Under the pieces are notes generated by a model. That model searched no databases. It was given only the letters and a program-made list of their open reading frames with translations, and was not told the origin of the DNA. This document shows, piece by piece, positions 8,129 to 17,624 of a DNA stretch of 64,000 nt (positions are counted from its first letter, which is position 1; the number at the start of each line of letters is the position of its first letter). The position numbers were made by a program, and so were the translations under genes. The stretch covers positions 31,149 to 95,148 of the IMG/VR virus record IMGVR_UViG_3300044692_000046; one strand, given 5' to 3'. The DNA comes from a virus.

Positions 8129-11100
8129 CTACGACAGCATGGTCCCCGACTTGGCGGAGTTACGCCGCTTGTGCTGCTGCACTAGGGCCGCCAGGTTCGG
8201 GTACACCGCCTTAGCGAAGGTCTTGCCGTCAAGGTCGAAGTACAGCGTCACCGGCCCCGAGTTCGCGCCGGACGTTGCCGCGCTGTTCGCGCCGACCGCC
8301 AGCGACGCCGTGTTCACCGCCAGCGTCCCAGTCTGCGTGCCGATACCGACTGGGCCAGCCGCGCCGGCCGCCGCCACCTGGAGCGTGGGGCTGCCGAACC
8401 CAGCCATCGCCGTGTTGGCGAGCGCCTTGGCCTGGTCGGACACGGTCCCACTCATCGACTTGAGGCCGTTCACGAGACCCTGCGCGATGTTCTGACCAAA
8501 CGAGTGGAACACCTTCGACGGACTGGAGATGCCGAGGGCTTTCATGAACCCGCTACCGATGGAGCCCGCGAAGTCCTTGACCCACTTCACCACCGTGTCG
8601 GCCATCGCCTTCAAGCCGTTCAACAGCCCGGTGATGATGTTCTTCCCGAAGTTCACCGCATCAGAGACCAACTGGTTCCAGAGCTTGGAGATCTGCCCCG
8701 GCAGCCCGCTCACCACCGACACGACCTTGCCAGGCAAGGAGGTGAAGAAACTGACCACGTCGTTCCACAGCTTCTTGACCTCTGCGATCGCGCCGTTGTA
8801 CAGGTCGGTGAAGAACTTCGCGATCTTGCCTGGCATCGACGACACCCACGTGATGGCCTTGTTCAGGCCAGCCACGAACGTGCTGTACAGGTCGTCCCAG
8901 GTCTTCGACACCCAACTCGTCACGCCGTTGTAGGTGTCGACCGCGAACTTCTCGATCTTCCCTGGCAGGGAGGTCACCCAGTTGATGACCTTCGTGCCAC
9001 CCTGAACAAAGAAGTTGTACACGTCCGACCAGGTCTGCTTGACCAGCCGCACGACCTCATGCCAGTTGTCGACGAAGAACTTCTCAATCCTCGCCGGCAA
9101 CGACTTCACGAAGTTGACAACCTTCGTGGCGCCCTGCACCCAGATCCGGTAGCCCTCATCCCACAGGTGGGTGATCGCATTCCAGATCTTGACAGGCATC
9201 TCAATGAACTGCTTGACGATCCACCCGAGCGCGTAGCCGATCGCGAATCCCAGCTTCTTGAGCCCGGCGTCGAAGATCTTCGGAAGCTGCTCGATCCCCT
9301 TGAGGACGTTGCCCGGCAGCGCCTTCACGAAGCCGATGAACTTGTCGAACGCGGCGCCCGCCTTCTTCGGCAACCCCTCGACCCACTTGATGGCCGCCGA
9401 GATCGCTCCGCCGATGGCGTGCACGGCGTCCCAGAAGATCGCCTTGATGTCCTTCCACAAGGCGGAGAAGAACTTGCTGACCTGCTTCCAGTGGGTGACC
9501 AGCAAGATCACGATCGCTATCAGGGCGGCGATCGCCAAGATGATCAAGCCGACGGGGTTGGCGTCCATCGCGATGTTCAAGATCCACTGGGCGACGGCCG
9601 CTGCCTTCTCCGCGATCGCAGAGGCGACCACGGCGACCTTCTCAGCCACCCACGCGGCGGCGGTCTTCACTGCCTGGGCCGCCTGCAATACCAGCGACTT
9701 GGTGACGCTGCCGATGGCCATCGCAGCCTGCTTTGCCCCGGAGGCGATCGTGCTGAACAGGGAGCCGAGCTTGTTGGCGACGGTGGCCTCCTTGACCACC
9801 TTTTCGTTCTCGACCACCGCGTCCGAGACGCCCTTGAAGCCCTTGATGAGACTGGAGGTGGTGGACACCGCTGACTTGCCGATATCCACCATGCCCTTGA
9901 CGAACGACATGGTGGTCTTGCCGGCCCATGTCACCACCGCGATCGACAGCACCCCGGCGATCACGCCCGCCAGCACCTTGAGGGTGCCGGTGTTCTTCTC
10001 CGCCCATTTCATGGCGTCGATCAGCGGCGGGATCAGCTTCGTGCCGAGCTGGATGCCAGCCTTCTCCGCTACCTCACGCAACTGGGCGAGCTGGAAGTTG
10101 AAGGTCTTCTGCACCTCGGCGAAGCCGGAGACGCTCTTGTTGCCCTTGTTGTAGGCGTTGATCGTGTTGTTGACGTTGTGCTCCATGCCAACAAATCCGT
10201 CGGAGCCCAGTTGCAGGGCGAGCTGGAGGCCGTTGGCGCCGCCCAGCATGTTCTTGAGTTCCTGCTGGTAGGTCTTGGCCTGCGGGGTGCCGTTCTTCAG
10301 TTCCTGTGAAAAGCCCTTGGCCTTGTTGTTCATGGCCACGAACTGCTGCACCAGTGCCGCCTGGTCGGCCGGCAGACCCTTCAGTTCCAGCCGGTAGTCC
10401 GCGAGCGTGATCTTTCCGTCGGCGTAGGACTGCGCGACCTGCTTCGCCGCGTTCGGCAGCTTCGACAGGGCGACCTGGGCGTCCTGCGCTGCAGCGGCGG
10501 ATTGGTTGAACGCGTTCAGCAGGACCAGGCCGCTCGGCCCCATGTGCTGCAGCACAGCCCGTGATAGGTCGAGGACCGTGCCCGACAGGCCCTTCTGCCC
10601 AAGCTGCTGGGACACATCGGTAGCGCTGATCCCCAGTTGCGCCATCGTGTTCACGGCGACGTTCGACGGCGCTTCCAGCGACCGGATCGTGAACGCCATC
10701 TGCTGGGTGGCTTCCTGCGCCGACACACCGTGATCGGTCAAGGTGGCCAGCACGCCGGTCATGTCGCCGAGCTTGATGCCCGCCGAGGCCGCCAGCGCCT
10801 GCACAGTGGACAGGCTCGACGCGAAGTCCTGGAAGGTGGTCTTACCCTCGGACACGGCCGCGATGTACGTGTTCACCACACGGGTCGAGTCGCTGGCCTT
10901 GAGGTTGTAGTCCCGCAACGCGGTCGTCACCGCGTCCGCGACCACTGACAGGTCGGCGTTCTCGGACTTGGCGCCCTTCGCCGCCGCGGTCAGCACCGTC
11001 AGCCCCTGCGCGCCGTGGAAGCCCGCCGACTCGATGGTGTACAGGCCCTGCGCGAGCTGCTTGGTGGACGTGCCGGTAGCCACGGCGATGTCCAGCACGC

Positions 11101-11377
11101 CCTTGGACACCTGCGCCAGCGCCTTCGTGGACTCGCCGGCGCTGGTGACCAGTCGAGTCATGTTGGCCTGGAAGTCGCCGGCCATCTTGACGCTGACGAC
11201 CGCGACTCCGGCTGCTGCGGCGACTGTCGCTCCGCCCAGCTTCGACAGGGCCCCGCTGACGCCGCCCATCTTCGAGATGAAGGACTCGCCGGTCTTGCTG
11301 GCGTCGTTGAAACCCTTCGTCAGCGGGTCGGAGACGGTGCGCAGGGTGATGAACAGGTCCGCGATCTCGGAGGCCAC
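8129..11377 (-). CDS. Tape measure protein
   Basis: 1082 aa, Ala/Lys-rich helical, TP901-type N-terminal core, periodic W/F repeats. Confidence 0.95.
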   Translation of the reverse strand: MASEIADLFITLRTVSDPLTKGFNDASKTGESFISKMGGVSGALSKLGGATVAAAAGVAVVSVKMAGDFQANMTRLVTSAGESTKALAQVSKGVLDIAVATGTSTKQLAQGLYTIESAGFHGAQGLTVLTAAAKGAKSENADLSVVADAVTTALRDYNLKASDSTRVVNTYIAAVSEGKTTFQDFASSLSTVQALAASAGIKLGDMTGVLATLTDHGVSAQEATQQMAFTIRSLEAPSNVAVNTMAQLGISATDVSQQLGQKGLSGTVLDLSRAVLQHMGPSGLVLLNAFNQSAAAAQDAQVALSKLPNAAKQVAQSYADGKITLADYRLELKGLPADQAALVQQFVAMNNKAKGFSQELKNGTPQAKTYQQELKNMLGGANGLQLALQLGSDGFVGMEHNVNNTINAYNKGNKSVSGFAEVQKTFNFQLAQLREVAEKAGIQLGTKLIPPLIDAMKWAEKNTGTLKVLAGVIAGVLSIAVVTWAGKTTMSFVKGMVDIGKSAVSTTSSLIKGFKGVSDAVVENEKVVKEATVANKLGSLFSTIASGAKQAAMAIGSVTKSLVLQAAQAVKTAAAWVAEKVAVVASAIAEKAAAVAQWILNIAMDANPVGLIILAIAALIAIVILLVTHWKQVSKFFSALWKDIKAIFWDAVHAIGGAISAAIKWVEGLPKKAGAAFDKFIGFVKALPGNVLKGIEQLPKIFDAGLKKLGFAIGYALGWIVKQFIEMPVKIWNAITHLWDEGYRIWVQGATKVVNFVKSLPARIEKFFVDNWHEVVRLVKQTWSDVYNFFVQGGTKVINWVTSLPGKIEKFAVDTYNGVTSWVSKTWDDLYSTFVAGLNKAITWVSSMPGKIAKFFTDLYNGAIAEVKKLWNDVVSFFTSLPGKVVSVVSGLPGQISKLWNQLVSDAVNFGKNIITGLLNGLKAMADTVVKWVKDFAGSIGSGFMKALGISSPSKVFHSFGQNIAQGLVNGLKSMSGTVSDQAKALANTAMAGFGSPTLQVAAAGAAGPVGIGTQTGTLAVNTASLAVGANSAATSGANSGPVTLYFDLDGKTFAKAVYPNLAALVQQHKRRNSAKSGTMLS

Positions 11378-11426
11378 AACAACCTCCCCGATCCGGCGTC
11401 AGGGGTCGGGAAGGTCGCGTGCGGTG

Positions 11427-11891
11427 TCAGGCGAAGCGGGCCCAGGCCTCGCCGTACATCGCCTTGTAGATCTGCGGTGCCGCGATCGTGCCCACGAACA
11501 GGCCCGCAGGTCTCAGGAACGGGAACTTGGCGCCGTTGCGCAGACCCTTCGCCTCCAGGTACCAGCCGACCAGCGACGCGTTCGTCTTGCTGTACGGGGC
11601 GCGCCTGCCGACAGCCGTGCCTATCAGGCACTCCCAGCCAGTGGGGATACGCTTCACGATCGACCGGTCGAGTGACGCCCGCAGCGTTCCCGAGATCATC
11701 GCCGGTCCGTTCCCCGGGTGCGCCGGTGTGGGCGTGCCCCGGGCGTGCCGACCGTTGCCGGCGTTGATGCGGGCCTGCTTCACGATGGCGTTCGCGACCG
11801 GCTCCAGTGCTGCGCGGGAGCGGCGGCCCGACTCTGCGGCCACCTTCGAGAACACCATCTCCAGCACGCCAGGGCGTAGTTCGGTGGCCAC
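11427..11891 (-). CDS. HK97 gp10-like tail completion protein
   Basis: P..ISGTLRASL...Y.....YLE.....KFPFLRPA pattern. Confidence 0.6.
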   Translation of the reverse strand: MATELRPGVLEMVFSKVAAESGRRSRAALEPVANAIVKQARINAGNGRHARGTPTPAHPGNGPAMISGTLRASLDRSIVKRIPTGWECLIGTAVGRRAPYSKTNASLVGWYLEAKGLRNGAKFPFLRPAGLFVGTIAAPQIYKAMYGEAWARFA

Positions 11892-11895
11892 GGCC

Positions 11896-12143
11896 TCACC
11901 CCTTGCTGGCCTTCTTTACTGCGGAGTCCTCGGCCTGACGGCGGGCCAGCAGCATGTCCCAGCAGTACTGCACCACGTAGACCGGAGTCTGGCGCAGCTC
12001 CCAGAACGTCCAGCCCATCTCCCGCATCAGTTCGAAGTCGCGCAACTCATCCGGTGGCGGCCCGGACGACCACGTGCCCTCGTAGATGGACTCGGCGGGC
12101 CAGAGCACATCGTTGAGGTACGGGGAGTCCGGGCCTAGCTGGG
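11896..12143 (-). CDS. Tail assembly chaperone C-terminal extension (probable -1 frameshift product)
   Basis: -1 frame open across the chaperone stop; LMREMGWTFWELRQTP is typical of gpT-like extensions. Confidence 0.65.
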
Positions 12144-12488
12144 GTTCACGACGTCCGTGATCGCCTTGATCATCGCCTGCTGGATCTCCATGGGCAGCTT
12201 CCGCACGCTCGCTGGGGTCGCCGGCAGCGGCAGGGGGCGCTGGTCGTCGGAGTCGTCGGTGGCGTCGTACACGTGCCACGCCTTGACCAGCGGCGCGAGG
12301 ATCCCGTACGACGCTTCCGTCATCTGGGTGACGTCGGGCTCCCCATTAGCGCCCGTCGGCACGTCGCTGGCGGTCAGTTCGTCTAGCGGCACCAGTCGGG
12401 GGTTCTTCATGACGACGTGCACGAGGTCGCCCGGCTCCGACAGCTCCTCGAAGTTGAGGGTGATCACCCGGTTGGCGTATCCGGCCAC
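12135..12488 (-). CDS. Tail assembly chaperone
   Basis: AGGAG RBS before GTG 12488; between tail tube and tape measure. Confidence 0.8.
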   Translation of the reverse strand: MAGYANRVITLNFEELSEPGDLVHVVMKNPRLVPLDELTASDVPTGANGEPDVTQMTEASYGILAPLVKAWHVYDATDDSDDQRPLPLPATPASVRKLPMEIQQAMIKAITDVVNPS

Positions 12489-12533
12489 GGTTGTTCTCCT
12501 TGCGGTGAGGGACTGAGTGATGGACGCCAACCG

Positions 12534-13706
12534 TCAGTAACTGGTCGACTGGAAGTTGTTCAGCGTCGCCTGAACCGCGCCGCCGTCAGTGCTGTTGTAG
12601 ATGCCGGAGATGGAGTAGTCGGCCTGGACGTAGCCCTGGCCGAGATCGCGCTTGCCCTTGTACCAGCCGGACTTGCTCATCGTGAACGACAGCTTGTTGC
12701 CGCCGAACGCGATCGGCTGGGCCAACGACGCCACGAGCGGCTGCTGCGACCACTGCGCGAACAGGTTCAGATCGAGCTGGTTCTCGAAGATGGCCTTGAA
12801 AGTTCCATCGCAATCCAACGTCCCGGCGAAGATCTCGCGCGGGATCTGCACGCCGTTACTGGTGTGCAGAGCTTCCACGGCCCGCTTGATGGTCAGGTCG
12901 AGGGTCAGGCCGCGGGTGGAGGCGGTGCCGGCCTGAGTCTGCGTCCACTCCCAGCCCAGCATCGGCTGATCCTGCGTGTAGGTCTCCGACACGGTGGTCT
13001 GCACCGCGCCGGGGAACGCGGTCAGGTCAGCGGTGAGGCTGACGCCCGCCTTCGGGTCGATCTTGACCTGGAGCTGGCTCATCTTCGCCCCGACGTACCC
13101 GAGGTACTGGAGGGTGTCGTAGACGGTCAGCGAGTAGGTGGGCCAGGTCTGGCCCGGCGACTGCTTGAACAGGTGCGTGGACTGGCTGATCACCGTGCAC
13201 GTCGGCGCGGTGTGCGCGTACTGGAGCGTGGTCCCGCCGTTCGGGTTCGACGTGCTGGTCAGCGGGATCGTGTACGGGCCGGCACCCGACGGGGACCCGG
13301 TGACCGCGTACTCGGTGTTCGCACCGCCCGTGTCCTGAATCTGAATCGTGGAACCGGCGGTGATGGACGCAGTGGTCTGGATGGAGTTCGCGCCAGCCGT
13401 CGACGACGTGGACAGGGTGGTGGACACGCCGGCGGTCACCGTGTCAGGGCCGATGATGCCGCGCAGCCAGTGCCCGGTCAGCAGCGGGTAGGCGAGCACG
13501 TCGATCGACCAGGTGGCCTGCTGCACACCCGGGTACAACCCTTGCAATGTCGTGTCGTTGCCCCGGATGCTCTCGTCCTTGATGCTCTCCGTGACGTCTT
13601 CGAAGTCGCCCTTCGTGAAGGGGACAGCGATCACGGGGCTCTGGTAGGTGTTCGGCGTCGTCTCCTTGGCGATGCCGAGGGTGGACAGGTGGGAGAGCTG
13701 AGTCAC
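12534..13706 (-). CDS. Major tail (tube) protein with inserted Thr-rich beta domain
   Basis: LGIAKETTP N-terminus, TYSLT motif, NxxxxY C-terminus; position. Confidence 0.85.
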   Translation of the reverse strand: MTQLSHLSTLGIAKETTPNTYQSPVIAVPFTKGDFEDVTESIKDESIRGNDTTLQGLYPGVQQATWSIDVLAYPLLTGHWLRGIIGPDTVTAGVSTTLSTSSTAGANSIQTTASITAGSTIQIQDTGGANTEYAVTGSPSGAGPYTIPLTSTSNPNGGTTLQYAHTAPTCTVISQSTHLFKQSPGQTWPTYSLTVYDTLQYLGYVGAKMSQLQVKIDPKAGVSLTADLTAFPGAVQTTVSETYTQDQPMLGWEWTQTQAGTASTRGLTLDLTIKRAVEALHTSNGVQIPREIFAGTLDCDGTFKAIFENQLDLNLFAQWSQQPLVASLAQPIAFGGNKLSFTMSKSGWYKGKRDLGQGYVQADYSISGIYNSTDGGAVQATLNNFQSTSY

Positions 13707-13975
13707 GGCGCCGGCTCCTCATCGGTCGCGGCCGACGCGCGGCCAGGCTTGCGGGGTGGCTTGCTGGGGCCCGCGCCCGTCCCCGGTCCCTCGGCGGAGT
13801 CAGGCGCGGGCGGCTCGGGGGTGGGGTTGTCGGCGGGTTCGAACCCGGCGATCGGGACCGGCCAGTCGACCTCGCCGCCCGGCGGCACCTCCACCGCGGC
13901 GAACACCTCGCCGGTGTCGGGGTCCCGGGTCTCCATCAGGTCGACCGGCCACGGGTTGGGGTTGCGTTGCCGCAC
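13703..13975 (-). CDS. Small Pro-rich hypothetical protein
   Basis: GGAGG RBS before GTG 13975; overlaps tube start. Confidence 0.65.
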   Translation of the reverse strand: MRQRNPNPWPVDLMETRDPDTGEVFAAVEVPPGGEVDWPVPIAGFEPADNPTPEPPAPDSAEGPGTGAGPSKPPRKPGRASAATDEEPAP

Positions 13976-14052
13976 GGCGTCCTCCAAGGCATGCCGAAGA
14001 ACCCGCCGTGGCGGGCAAGGGGGGTTAGCGGGGTGGGTGAGGGACGCTGCGG

Positions 14053-14571
14053 TCAGGTGACGATCTCGGGGTCGTCCGCGCTGTAGGTGACGCTCGCGGT
14101 GAGGATCCCGGCCGGAATGTCCACCTCTGGGTCGCCGTATTGGACGTCGATCTCCGCCCGGCCGTCCGCCTCGGCGACCGACAAGAACCGACCGCCGTGA
14201 GTGTGGTCGTCGCGAAACGCTCGGATCCGCAGCAGCAGATCCTCGACCGCGTTGTCCAACGCCTGCTGTTCCTGCTCGGCGATGTCAACCGCCTGTGTCG
14301 TGGAGCCGATCTTCCAGTACAGCTTCAGTCGGAAGTCGTGCGAGTTGCGGACCCGCTGCATCGCCACGCGGTGGCTCTGGAGCCGTGCCCTGGTGACGTA
14401 GATGCGGTTGACGGTGGTCTTCGAGGTGCGCGGCACGTACGCCTGCACCACATCCCACAGGCCACCCTGCGCCACGACAAGCGCCGGCAGCGTCTGCCCC
14501 GTCGTGCCCGATGTGATGGCTGCTCCGGACAGCCAGTCCGCTTCACGCTGCACCGCGTCCGCAGAGCTCAC
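14053..14571 (-). CDS. Putative tail terminator / neck protein
   Basis: Size, position upstream of tube, DHTHGGRF motif. Confidence 0.55.
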   Translation of the reverse strand: MSSADAVQREADWLSGAAITSGTTGQTLPALVVAQGGLWDVVQAYVPRTSKTTVNRIYVTRARLQSHRVAMQRVRNSHDFRLKLYWKIGSTTQAVDIAEQEQQALDNAVEDLLLRIRAFRDDHTHGGRFLSVAEADGRAEIDVQYGDPEVDIPAGILTASVTYSADDPEIVT

Positions 14572-15083
14572 TTCGCCGCCCTCCCCCGAACCACAGGACG
14601 GTGATGGCGGTGCCCGAGCACCTGCTCGCGGTGCCGCCGATGCCGGTTGCGGTGCTGGTCGATCGTCCGGTGGCGCGTGTCCAGCTTCGCCACCGCCGAG
14701 CGCACCGCGGCCTTCCGGCCGTGATGACGCGAGGCTGTTGGATGCTTGGCCTTCGCGTGTCGGGCCACCGCCGCGCGGTGCTGGATTGACCCGGACCGGT
14801 GCCGGCCCTTCAACGCCTTCGAGATCTTCGCCTTCGTGGCCGCCGACAGCTTGTGCCCGACGTGATGCCTACCGCGCAACGCCGCCGAGATCTTCGCCTT
14901 GGTCGCGGCGCTTAGCCGGTGGCCTTTGTGGTGCCGGCCGCGCAGAGCCTTCGAAATCTTCGCGCGGGCCGCCGCCGACATCGGATGGCCCTTGTGGGGG
15001 CGCTTCTTGCCCTTCATCCGCGCGGACATCTTCGCCCGCGCCACCGCGGACAGGTGGTAGCCCTTGCGGTGCTTCCACGCCAC
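14568..15083 (-). CDS. Highly basic protein with four NUMOD3-like DNA-binding repeats
   Basis: Four copies of G(Y/H)xxSAxx(R/K)AK(I/M)Sxx(L/M)(R/K)G; almost no acidic residues; GTGA overlap with next gene. Confidence 0.7.
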   Translation of the reverse strand: MAWKHRKGYHLSAVARAKMSARMKGKKRPHKGHPMSAAARAKISKALRGRHHKGHRLSAATKAKISAALRGRHHVGHKLSAATKAKISKALKGRHRSGSIQHRAAVARHAKAKHPTASRHHGRKAAVRSAVAKLDTRHRTIDQHRNRHRRHREQVLGHRHHRPVVRGRAAK

Positions 15084-15086
15084 GGC

Positions 15087-15746
15087 TCAGCCCCGCGCGT
15101 AGTCGGCGAGCATCCCGATCGCCTCTTCCCGCAGCAGGTCCGGGTCGTGCTGGCTGGAGCCGGGCTCCAGCTCCCGCACAGCGATCGCGCCCGCCATGAA
15201 CTTCGCGGCCTGCGCCAGGTCCCACGGGATCGTGGAGTAGCCGCCCGAGTAGGTGCAGACGATGGTGGTGCCGGGCGGCACGAAGGTTCCGAGCTGAAAC
15301 CGGACATGCCCCGTGTCGGGCTCGTACTGGATCTGGCTGGTCACCACGTCTTGGTCGCCGGAGAACGACCGGCGCAGCAGGATCGAGGTGATGCTGCCAC
15401 TCCACAGTTCTGGGTAGCGGGGAGGGAACTCCCGCACCCAGAAGTGCCGGACCAGCAGCGTCGAGCCCAGCGACATGGCCCGCGAGAACCCGAGTTGTGA
15501 GGTGGGGTCCAGCGGCACGTACGCGTCGAGGGCGTCTTCCACGTCGAGGGCGTCGGCGCGCTGCGTCTCGACCACGTTGGTGAACGGGGCGAGCCGCCGG
15601 TCACACACCGACTCGCAGGCCCGGGTCGCCGCGTACAGCAGGTCGTTCTGCGGCTGGCCGTTGGCGTAGGTGCGGAACAGGTCCGCCAACGGCCCCTCCG
15701 TGAGCTGTGCCCACGTGCACAGCGGCGTCGGCGCGTCAGCGGGCAT
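15087..15746 (-). CDS. Head-to-tail adaptor
   Basis: ATRACESVCDRRL and TYSGGYSTIPWDLAQAA motifs of gp6/gp15-like adaptors. Confidence 0.8.
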   Translation of the reverse strand: MPADAPTPLCTWAQLTEGPLADLFRTYANGQPQNDLLYAATRACESVCDRRLAPFTNVVETQRADALDVEDALDAYVPLDPTSQLGFSRAMSLGSTLLVRHFWVREFPPRYPELWSGSITSILLRRSFSGDQDVVTSQIQYEPDTGHVRFQLGTFVPPGTTIVCTYSGGYSTIPWDLAQAAKFMAGAIAVRELEPGSSQHDPDLLREEAIGMLADYARG

Positions 15747-15749
15747 CAG

Positions 15750-16022
15750 CTACTCCTCGACAGCGGTGCGCCGTCGGTAGGCGCGCTTCGCCGGCTTCTC
15801 CTCGGCCTGCTCGCCATCCTCGGCGTGCGTCTCCGGCTCCTGCGCCTTGCCCTTCGCCGCCTTCGGGGGCTCGTCCACCTCCGAGAACCCGCCGCCCGGG
15901 ATGTCCAGCAGCGATTCGCCCAGGTCGTCGGGCACCTCGATCACGTCCCCGTTGTTCTTCCACTCGAAGACCTGCCCGCCGCGGTAGCCGCAGGAGCCCG
16001 CCTTCGCCTTCCGGATCCACAT
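15750..16022 (-). CDS. Small acidic protein downstream of capsid
   Basis: ATG 16022; position between capsid and adaptor. Confidence 0.65.
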   Translation of the reverse strand: MWIRKAKAGSCGYRGGQVFEWKNNGDVIEVPDDLGESLLDIPGGGFSEVDEPPKAAKGKAQEPETHAEDGEQAEEKPAKRAYRRRTAVEE

Positions 16023-16105
16023 GGGTCCGTGCACCTCTTCCTCATGGGTAGGTGGGCAGGATCCGGCCCGGCCGCGCTCTTCCACACGGCCGAGCCGGAC
16101 CTGGC

Positions 16106-17515
16106 TCAGATGGAGCTCACGATGCCGTGGCCCCGGCCCACGTACTTCGGACCCCGCAGAGCGAGGGCCGTGTCCGTGACCAGCGCGAACGGCAGGGTGT
16201 CGGGGCTGGTGACAGTCGGCGCCAGCGGGATCACCTGCATGTCCCGGGTGTACGGGCGGACCATGAAGTTCGGGTCCCGCGGGATCAGGTAGATGTCCTC
16301 GACCGGGTTCGCCGAGCCGTTCAGGCGGGCGAACATGTTGCCGAGCACGCCGCCCGCGCCGACGCCCTGGTAGGCGGCGGCCTGCGCGGTGCCGGTGTTG
16401 CCGGAGGAGTTGGTCAGCAGCGCCGCGCCGGTGTCGATGATCGACGTGGTGGCGGTGCCGGTGGTGTCGAACGCGTCGACCACGCCCACGAACACCGGCG
16501 TGCCAGCCGCGCCCGTCGACCGGTACACCTTGTACAGGATCGGGGTGAGGCCGTCAGGGAAGTTCGTCGGCGTCGAGAACGACAGGGTGACGGTGCTGGT
16601 CGAGCCGGTGGTGGTCTGGGTGACCTCCGCGCTGGCCAGCGTCTCACCGAACCGGGCCACGACCGCCGACACCGAGTACCGGTAGGTCGCCGCCGCCAGC
16701 GTGCCGCCCGTGGTGGCGGTCGCCGTCGACACGGTGCTCATCGCCGTGGACCGGGGGCTCAGGAACGACGACTTCACCAGCGGGATGTCGCGGTAGGACG
16801 GCACGTTCAGACCGGCGGCGATCTCGACGGTCGGCGCCATGAACCGCTGCTGGTTGGTCAGCAGCTGCCCGACGCTGGACACCATGCGCGGCGACATCAC
16901 GAACATCCAGTCCGAGCCGATCGGCTGGCCGGCGTTGGTCTCCACCAGGTCGATGATCTCGTCGAGGTTCTTCAGGGCGAGGGTGCCGCCACCCGACGCC
17001 GACGCGTACTCGATCGCGTTGACGTAGGCGTTGGAGCCGGTGCCCTGGGAGAAGTTCGCGGCCAGGTAGTCTAGGCCGGAGCAGATCGGGTAGGCGCCGG
17101 CGCTGGTGGCGCCGTCGTTGCCCCACACGAACGCGTTCTCCACCGACCACAGCATCGACTGGACAGTGCCGTCGACTTCGAGCTGCCGCAGATCGCCCAC
17201 CAGGTCGCGGGTGACGGTCTGCGCGAAGCCGGTCACCGACCCGACGGCCTGGAACAGCCTGATGTTGTAGACGGCCTGCTCGTAGGTGGAGTTGCCGATC
17301 GGGCGGGCGCCGCCGTCGACCACGCCGCCGGCGTCGGGCCGGTTCACCCGGCGGTTGAAGAAGTACTGGGTGGAGCCCCACTGCTTGCTGGGCAGCGCGC
17401 GCAGCAGAGGCGCGTAGCGGCGCTGGTACTCCAGCAGGAGCGGGTCGATCTGCTTCTGGATCAGGGGGGTAACTGACGCCGCAGCGGTCAGAGCCTCCTG
17501 GAGTTCGGTGGGCAC
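16106..17515 (-). CDS. Major capsid protein with inserted Ig/FN3-like domain
   Basis: GAGGAG RBS; follows scaffold; ENAFVWG, DGL-like SGLD; Thr-rich insert TYRYSVSAV...YKVYRS. Confidence 0.9.
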   Translation of the reverse strand: MPTELQEALTAAASVTPLIQKQIDPLLLEYQRRYAPLLRALPSKQWGSTQYFFNRRVNRPDAGGVVDGGARPIGNSTYEQAVYNIRLFQAVGSVTGFAQTVTRDLVGDLRQLEVDGTVQSMLWSVENAFVWGNDGATSAGAYPICSGLDYLAANFSQGTGSNAYVNAIEYASASGGGTLALKNLDEIIDLVETNAGQPIGSDWMFVMSPRMVSSVGQLLTNQQRFMAPTVEIAAGLNVPSYRDIPLVKSSFLSPRSTAMSTVSTATATTGGTLAAATYRYSVSAVVARFGETLASAEVTQTTTGSTSTVTLSFSTPTNFPDGLTPILYKVYRSTGAAGTPVFVGVVDAFDTTGTATTSIIDTGAALLTNSSGNTGTAQAAAYQGVGAGGVLGNMFARLNGSANPVEDIYLIPRDPNFMVRPYTRDMQVIPLAPTVTSPDTLPFALVTDTALALRGPKYVGRGHGIVSSI

Positions 17516-17536
17516 GAGAGGGTTCTCCTCACAATT

Positions 17537-17604
17537 CAGGCCCGCACGAGGCGGGCCTGCGAGTGGTCAGGGCATGACGAAGGCCCCGCGTCGGGCGGGG
17601 CCTT
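17537..17604 (-). terminator. Two GC-rich stem-loops between scaffold and capsid genes
   Basis: CAGGCCCGC/GCGGGCCTG (17537-17559) and AAGGCCCCGC/GCGGGGCCTT (17580-17604). Confidence 0.55.
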
Positions 17605-17624
17605 GGGGTGGCGCTGGACGGGGG

